64,000 bases of DNA from Trichinella spiralis (lineage: Eukaryota), in assembly GCF_000181795.1 (NCBI RefSeq), contig NW_003526948.1, positions 1,596,206-1,660,205 of the forward strand, given 5' to 3'. Every line of letters begins with the position of its first letter. Position 1 is the first letter of the stretch. The notes beneath the pieces were generated by a model. It was not told the origin of the DNA. It made no database searches and saw only the letters and a list, made by a program, of their open reading frames with translations. The translations under genes and the position numbers were made by a program. Shown in pieces: positions 56,182 to 64,000 of this stretch.

Positions 56182-57518
56182 ATGGCTTTATCGAAGACTG
56201 TAATGTTGACCAAATTTGGAGTTTCATCTGCAGTTGCAAAAAAAGTGCGTCCTTCCAAGCGGATACTGCCCCAAAATGTTGTTTCGCCTGCGCAAAACAT
56301 TTTTGCCTTTGCTACAGCCGACTCGTATCGTTTTAAAGAATTAATTAAAGGTATCAAAAAGGAAAAATTTACAGTCACTCATATAAGCAGTGAATTGCCC
56401 GATGTTGTGTACGTCCAACAGAAATTTCAACAGCCAGGTGAAGCTTTTGTCTTTTACGACGGTGGGGTGGTATTTTGGGATTTTACCGAAAAAAGTCGTC
56501 GAGAATTTCTCAACGCAGTCCAACTGTTCGAAGAATCTCCATATGAAGATAAGATTGTTGAAAGTGAAGAGGAAAATTTATCTTACGTATTTTCTGAACA
56601 ATCGAAAGCAGAATTTCGGCAAGAAACATTCTTGTTGCCTACGCAAATTAGTCAAGAAACATCAACACTGTATAAATTTGCCGTTTCCAATGCAATGTTT
56701 TTAAGTGTTAAAGTATGTATACATTTTTTTCGAATGTGAGCAAAATTTGCTTGATCATGCATTCAATCATGCGTTAATAATACAGAAAACAAAGAATTTT
56801 TTCGAAAAAAATGAAGGTGATTTATCTGTCATTTATATTATTTATGTTAAGAATATATGCTTCGTGTGTAAATTAGACAAATAAAAACTGAAATTATTTT
56901 AATTTAAAGCTTTTAAGTAAACTGTGGTAATTATTTTAGATTTTTATTTATGACTAGATTAAATTTTATAAGCTGCTTTGTTGTGCAATAATTTTGACCT
57001 GAATACTAAAGTTTGATTTACAGTATCAGTTCTTCTCTATTAAAAAGATTGTTTGAATATTATTTTTTTCTGCATTTCATCATCTGTATTAATTTTTATA
57101 GCTGTCAATTTGGGAATCTTTACTAGATGACTTTGTTGCATCTTCAGAAGACGTGGTAGAGCATTTGCAGCTGGGACGAATCACGTTGTCTAAATCGGAA
57201 GTGTTGCGACGAGCTGGAAAATTATTCATGCTACGTCATCGCATAAGTCTTTGTGGAGACTTACTCGATGCACCAGATTTCTACTGGGACAAGCAAGATT
57301 TGGAAAGAATTTATTCTGAAGCATTTTCATTGTTCAACATGGGTAAACGGACGCGTGTCGTAAATGAAAAGCTTACATATTGTTTAGAATTGCTTCAGCT
57401 TTTGGACGGGAACATTAGCCAAGTTCATAGTGTTCGGCTTGAAGTTATGATCATTGTACTTATATTAATTGAAGTTCTTTTTGAAATTTTGCATTTCAGT
57501 AGACATTATTCTAATTAA
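56182..57518 (+). CDS. RMND1: RMND1/Rmd1 family (DUF155) mitochondrial protein, 2 exons (56182-~56712, ~57102-57518)
   Basis: Basic N-terminus resembling a mitochondrial presequence; AFATADSY, AFVFYDGGVVFWD, KFAVSNAMFLSVK/LSIWE, GKLFMLRHRISL..LLDAPDFYWD, RTRVVNEKL, HSVRLEVMIIVLILIEV. Confidence 0.93.
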
Positions 57519-58468
57519 ATATCTTTTTCATTGTATCAGACCATTTTTATTAGACAACGCCGAACTAGATTTCATTATCGCTTTTAACGGTATTCTTTTC
57601 AACAGTATGTTTCATTCACTACTAAATTAATTTTCTAGACTGAATATTCATGAATTTAAAAATTTTGATTGTTAATTTTTAACTGTGCATATTTATTTAG
57701 ATGTAAATTTAATACTGCATTGGATTTTGTTGTCATTTTTTGTTTTATTCTATATACCTCGAATGTTTGTCGCTATTTATTGGTGTTTTTTTAAATAAAT
57801 TATGAGATAGCATCATTTCATAAGAAAAAATATTTCAATTTTAAAATTATTATTTAAAAGAGAAAATATCTTTTATCAAATTACAAAAATTATAATATTA
57901 CATTTTTGAATCACGATTTACAACATTCTCATTGCATTTGTTCAGCACATTTTCTTACAGATTGCAAAACTGATGTTAGATCATGAGTTTTGAACAATTG
58001 GTTTTTTAATTTTCGATATTTCAAGCTTAAAAATAAAGTAAAATGATCGTTTTCTTTTGTTTCAACAGTAGCAATGCTGAAGCCGTCATACCAGGATTAA
58101 TTGTTTGTTCTTGAAAATCAGTAAACTTTTGTATAGTTCAAATGTAGTTTAGTCAGCTTTAATTTTAATCTTGTTTAAAGTATTTAACAAAATTAAGCTT
58201 CATTGATATTTAATAATTGAATGAATGAAATATATTTAATTATGTTCGTCAGACAAAAAATATCGACTATTCAAATATATTCAGCTTGCACTTTATGCAG
58301 AAACATCATTGATATTTGCTTAGTGATATAATTTACATAAAATTAACTTCAACTGTGTCAAAAAAAAAACAAAAATAAATTTGACATTTATTTTGAAACA
58401 TAACAGGATTCGATCAGATCAAACATTAACAACTAACAAACAGCCTAACATCTATCAATTCCATGTAG

Positions 58469-59440
58469 TTAGAATCGAACCCTCTCTCGATCACTGAAAA
58501 ATGACTTCAGTATCATGACCTAAAAATACAAAATACAATAAATAATAACTAAATGTATTTGTTATACAGACCTGCACAACTGCAATAATGACCATAATAA
58601 CAGTTTGACAAACGGACCACCATGTAACTCGTTCATTTAAATCTTCGGCAAACTTTAGGCCACTGGCAGCATTTAAACGAATATGAGTTTGCCGTTCCAA
58701 CAACATCTTAAACCGCTCATGCATATTCGATGAACTTATTTGAATCTAAAACAATCAAAATTTACGTTCATTTGAATTTACAACTTTCTCTATTGACATT
58801 ATACATCTTAATGTAACTCTAGTCACATACATTTTAATAATATATTATAATACGCTCAAATAATTAATTTATTTCAATTAGTTCCTTACAGTTCAACAAA
58901 TTTAAATGAAAAGCAGTTAAGTAAACTTTCAAGTATCTGTATAACTTCTTTATAATTAAAATCATTATAAGCATCAGTAGTTCAAGAATTATTTACAAAT
59001 GACATAAGTTTTGCATGATCAACAGGCACATCCTCATTTTTACCAACTTTCCAATTCATATAAACCACTTTATGAGAAAATGTTGAAAATTCATTTGAGA
59101 AGCAAGCCTATAAATAAAAATGTTGAATCATCAAAAATAATCTTATAAATGAAGTTACCTTAAAAGTTCCAGTAGTATTCGTTTTCCAGTTGAATCGGTC
59201 GAACTGCTTCCTTACAGCATTAAACATCACTGCCTCAATTGGTGAAAACATTTGTACATCTACATCATACTGACCACCTGTAATAACTTGAAATTCAAAA
59301 TCTACATCAACATCTTTTTCTATATCCTGAAAGAAACACTGAGTTGCTTTGTCTGGCAATTCAAATGTAAACTCAACACAACTGGAAGTAGCTGCAAAAC
59401 ATAACAACATTATGACAGGAACACAGACCCAGCTACCCAT
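58469..59440 (-). CDS. p24 gamma-type GOLD cargo receptor (TMED3/TMED7-like), 4 exons
   Basis: Signal peptide, then EFTFELPDKATQCFFQDI..FEFQVITGGQYDVD, CFSNEFSTFSHKVVY, QTHIRL..AEDLNERVTWWS, TM and ILKSFFSD tail; TAA 58471-58469. Confidence 0.93.
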
Positions 59441-60215
59441 GATTCAGCTCCAATTAAAATCCAAATGCCAAATAACTGCTCAATTACAGACCATCTGCAA
59501 CTCAAGTTTCATTTTTCTGGTCTTTAAATTACATAACAAAAAAGCATTGCAATTTATAAATAATTCTAAAAACGCTTTGTTCTTTTAATATTAAAAAATA
59601 TCATACTGTGAAAGAAAGGTTAAAAGATATCGGAACTTTATTGTAAGTAATGCTTAAAACAAGTTTGCTGAACTTTACGAACATTTCATTGTTGTTCATT
59701 AAATAATTATTCATAATTTCAATGTTTAATAATTATTATAAAGCATTTAATTTCTAAGGGATGACTTAAATGAAAATTATTTATGTTGCATGATATTTAC
59801 TGTCATAAATTTAATTTATTCATGAACATCTTTTACAGTACGTAGCTTTCTGTAACTGAAACGAAAATTGTCCTTTTATGGCTTCACTAAGCTGAATTGA
59901 TGTTTTGCATTTAAATATAATTTCGTTTTGTAAATAATTATTTTTGGTATTTTCATGTTATTTTATTTATGTTATGTTATATTATATTATATTTTATTTT
60001 ATTTTATCTATTTATTTATTTATTGGACAGCGTATTTTGAACAATTTTGTTGAGCAGTTTGCAATTCTGAGTGTTTGTTTGGGGTTGTGCGTTTAATCTT
60101 TTATAACTTTTCGCTAATGAGTGTTTGTGAATTTTGAACTAACATTTTGTTGGTAAATGTTTAATAATTAATATATTAATTCAATGCTTTTATATCTTGT
60201 TTTGCAGTCAGTGTT

Positions 60216-63012
60216 ATGGCGCGTAAGCGGAAACAGTCAAAACCTTTCAAAGACAGAATAAGTAAAGCAAATCACTCGCTAAATGCTGGTATGTTTTATT
60301 ATTGATATTTCAAAGCTTAATTGCTTTCATGAACATTTATGAATAACGGTTCTAGATCGTACGAATAAAACGGTGCCTGGGCAAAGAAGCCGTGCCACAG
60401 TACGGCGTTTGCTTATGTATAAGAATTTCAAAGCAAAACGTGACAGATACGGGAAAATAATTCGAGAAGCACCTTTTCAAAAGACTCTTTCATCTGGCTC
60501 AGTAGCTCGTGTGGAACCGAATCGACGGTGGTTTGGTATCTGTTATTTTATTAAAATTTATTCACTATTATACAGATTTTTTGTATTCTTTTTCATTTCA
60601 CAATGTATTCTATACAATATGATATTATGTATGATAATCGTAGCAAATTAATAAGTTTTTACCTGTGTAATATGTATATATTTTCTAGTTGCAATTAGCT
60701 TTCTTCAGTTCTTTTACGTTTTTATTTGCTGCATGCACTTGTTTGGTTGATCTGTTGAACAGTTTGTTTTTGAGGAAATACGAAAGTGATTGGTCAGGAT
60801 GCTTTGCAAAAATTTCAAGAAAACTTGAGTAAGGTTCGAAAAGATCCTTATTTATATGTTATGCGACAGACAAAGCTTCCAGTGACTTTGCTTAACGAAA
60901 AAGCTAAAGTAATTTTTAGTCATGTTTTTATAATATTTTACATTCTGTTTCATTTCCAGCACGTCCGTCCGCATCTTTTAGATACTGAAACATTTCAGTA
61001 CACTTTTGGTCGCAAAGCCCAGCGTAAAAAGCCACGTTTAATGACAATGGATTTACAAGTATTACAAGTTGTTGTATTTATGTGTTTGAAAAAACTTGTT
61101 GATTTTAAGCATTTGGTTGACACTGCTAATGAACAGAATTGCCAATATGTTGAAGACAGAGATCGGGACTTTCAGAAAACGACAGATACGAATGAACGTT
61201 ATGAACCGATAGAGCCTATATTTAAGAAAGGACAGTCGAAACGTATTTGGAATGAACTGTACAAAGTTCTTGATTCGTCTGATGTTGTTTGTGAAGTAGT
61301 GGATGCAAGAGATCCAATGGGTACACGTTGTTTCAACGTAGAAAAATTTCTGAGAAAGGAGAAGCCGCATAAGCATATCATCATCATCCTCAACAAAGTC
61401 GATTTAATTCCACGATGGGTTACAGTATGATTGTTTATTTTGTTTAATAGATGTTTTTTTTGCTAATGTTGTGTCCGTTTATTTGAAGCGGGATTGGATT
61501 CGAACACTGTCTGCTGAATATCCAACGATTGCATTTAGTGCCGACATGATGAGTCCATTTGGCAAAGGAGCGTTGATTAGTATACTTCGACAATTTGCAC
61601 ATGTAAATGATGATTCTTTTTTTATGTTCATCACGTTTATTGAGGTTTCTTTTAGCTACATCAAGAACATCCGCAGATTAGTGTTGGATTCATTGGTTTT
61701 CCCAACGTTGGAAAGAGTTCTATTATAAACGCTTTGAGGCGGAAGAAAGTGTGTAATGTAGCTCCAATTGCTGGAGAAACGAAAGTATGTTTCATTCTGT
61801 TATAAAACGTAGTTTTGAGGGAAATTATTGTTTATTTCTAGGTGTGGCAGTATGTGACACTAATGCGACGGATATATTTAATCGATTGTCCTGGTATTGT
61901 ATATCCTACCGGAAATAACGAAGCGCAGCTTATTCTTAAAGGGGTGGTGAGTTTCACATATTTAAATTGAATTGAAATTTTGTTTAAGATCTTCCTTTAT
62001 TTGTTTATTTATTCTAAACTACAGATCCGTGTGGAGAATGTGAAAGATGCGGCCGATTACATAGATGCCGTTATTGAACGAGTGAAGCGTGAATATTTGG
62101 TTCGAACATATCAAGTTCCAGAATGGAAAAATAGTGAAGAATTTTTGTCAGCTTTGGCAGGCAGAAGTGGTCGTTTGTTGAAAGTACATTTCATAATAAT
62201 ATTATTATTTTATTTTTTATTCAAAGTACCGATGTGTCACTTTAGGGTGGTGAGCCTGATATTAACACTGTGGCCAAGATGGTACTGAACGATTTTCAGA
62301 GGGGTAGACTTCCTTATTATGTAAAACCACCTGAAAAGGTTTAAATAAAATTGTTCTTTTCCGCGTTAACATTGTGTAATCTGAAATGTGTTTTTTATTT
62401 AATTAGAATATTCAAAATGATGACCAGCCAACAAGCAGTGAAATGGTGGAATCAGTACTGATGGACAAATCGGTGGCAGTTGATCAAGATTTGACAAAAA
62501 TAGAATTGACTACTAAATACAATGCCGATGACGTTGGGGAAAAAGATGTTGTGATTGCTTTGTCAGATTCTGAAGATTTGAGCAGCTTGAACGTATGTGA
62601 AAGAAGTGTAAAACAGGAGCATGACAGTGAATATGATCAGGAAGATTTGGACAGCTGTAGTGGATTGAGTGATATTTGTGAGTTTGAAAATTTGAAATGT
62701 GCTCTTTCTGAACAAGAAGAGCAACCCTGTGATGAAGGGGAGGAGGGGGATGGGCGTCGAGCATGGAAGCGAAAATCTGCTGCGTGTGGTAATAAAATGA
62801 CAAGAAATCGTCATGAAAAAGTACGCATTTCTCGTTTGTAACGTTTCTTAAAAGATGACAAAGCCGGCGAGAATGGCTAGTGTTTAATTTTTGTTTGTCT
62901 TTCATAGGGGGAAAAGTTCGCAAGAAATTCGAATATTATAGATTTCACGAAGAAAGAAGAAAAGAGTCGATTTCAGAAAAGAAAGAAAAAGAAAGCTAAA
63001 CATCAGCAGTAA
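60216..63012 (+). CDS. GNL2: Nucleolar GTP-binding protein 2 (NOG2/GNL2, circularly permuted GTPase), multi-exon
   Basis: NGP1NT-type [55 protein letters not shown]4 LNKVD; G1 [26 protein letters not shown]3 [19 protein letters not shown]; acidic then basic C-terminus. Confidence 0.97.
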
Positions 63013-64000
63013 TTTGTTTCTCATGCATTGAAACTGAAAGTGCATTGTTCTGAAAGTAAAACAATTTAATTCGAAAATTCGATGGATAAAGTGATTTGAT
63101 TGATCGATGGATAAAATCTGGAATATTGAATTTAAATTCAGTTAGTTACATTTTTAATTTCAGTGAGATTATTGTTCAGGTTGATATTTTAATATTCAAT
63201 GTTTAAAATGAATGCATTATGAAGTCAAAAATTTATTGGTTATAGTTGCAGTGAACTTTGCGTTGCAAGCTGAAAATACTTTTTTTTCGCTTTTTTCTGA
63301 TATTGTTTGTCGAATTTTTCCGTATTCAACCAGTTGTAATGTGGTGACAATTTCCTATTATAGAGCATTAAAAAATGAAAACGATGAAAACATCGTATAC
63401 AGTACACCATAAGCGAATTCAAGTAGACTAAGGATATAGCTATTGCGCACTTGTATTATTTTTTGAAAACAAATTTTTTATTCTACAAAATGGTTGAAGT
63501 GAAAAAAATATAACAAGTAATTAATGTTAAATATTTTAATTTAATAAAGAAACTTGGAATTTTTTAATTTTTAACGTGAAAGCATCATTATATCTCTTAA
63601 TTGAAAAGAACGATTTTGAAAGTTGACATTTAACAAGCTGTATGTTTACTTTAAAGATTTGATTGAAGAGAAAAATATATAATTATAGTTATAATTATAA
63701 ACAAATTATTCGTTTGCATTAAATAAATATGTATGAATTATTTCAAATGTAATGGATATTTCAAAAAGTGAATATAAAATTTTGAAGCTTTCATTTAATT
63801 TTCAGGTTCATTTTATTGAGAAAAAATCATTATTTACAGAATAAAAACTGAAGTCGGTAGCATTTGGCGATTAATGGCGAATGCTATCGATCGGTGACAA
63901 ATGCAAATGGTGATGCAAAATTAGTGACGCTAACTGCCATAGCAACGGACTGACGATAAATGATCAAAGAGTTGGTTGCATTGGTTTGGGGTTCAACTAG

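Noticed and set aside
56324..56335. GTATCGTT, a possible variant U12-type donor (also on the minus strand at ~17655)
   Set aside because: Both copies lie inside continuous coding exons.
60786..61430. Apparent hydrophobic insertions in the GNL2 ORF
   Set aside because: They are 51-nt in-frame GT-AG introns without stops.
63800..64000. GC-richer stretch at the right edge, possibly an exon
   Set aside because: Frames are short with stops and no homology is recognisable; cannot be resolved within this window.

Overview
AT-rich, gene-dense eukaryotic DNA with many very short GT-AG introns. The style and gene content fit a nematode, possibly Trichinella-like; this is an inference, not shown directly. 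Recognisable genes from left to right: a fragment of an unknown minus-strand gene at the left edge; a ~19 kb multi-exon SZT2 (KICSTOR scaffold, minus); an intronless, GC-rich, highly divergent EED/ESC/MES-6-like WD40 gene with an acidic N-terminal extension and an apparent 1-nt frameshift (plus); a small secreted DB-module protein (minus); an SLC46/PCFT-like MFS transporter (minus); an unknown Cys-repeat protein (plus); a Trk-ectodomain-like (LRR-LRRCT-Ig-Ig-TM) receptor with no kinase domain and a MITE in its last intron (plus); an astacin metalloprotease with ShK domains (minus); eyes absent with a long upstream non-coding region (minus); RMND1 (plus); a p24/TMED3-7 cargo receptor (minus); and GNL2/NOG2 (plus). 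The most interesting items are the EED-like gene, whose methyl-lysine aromatic cage appears degenerate, and the kinase-less Trk-like receptor. All homology calls come from manual reading against remembered reference sequences, not database searches. Exon boundaries are manual predictions.
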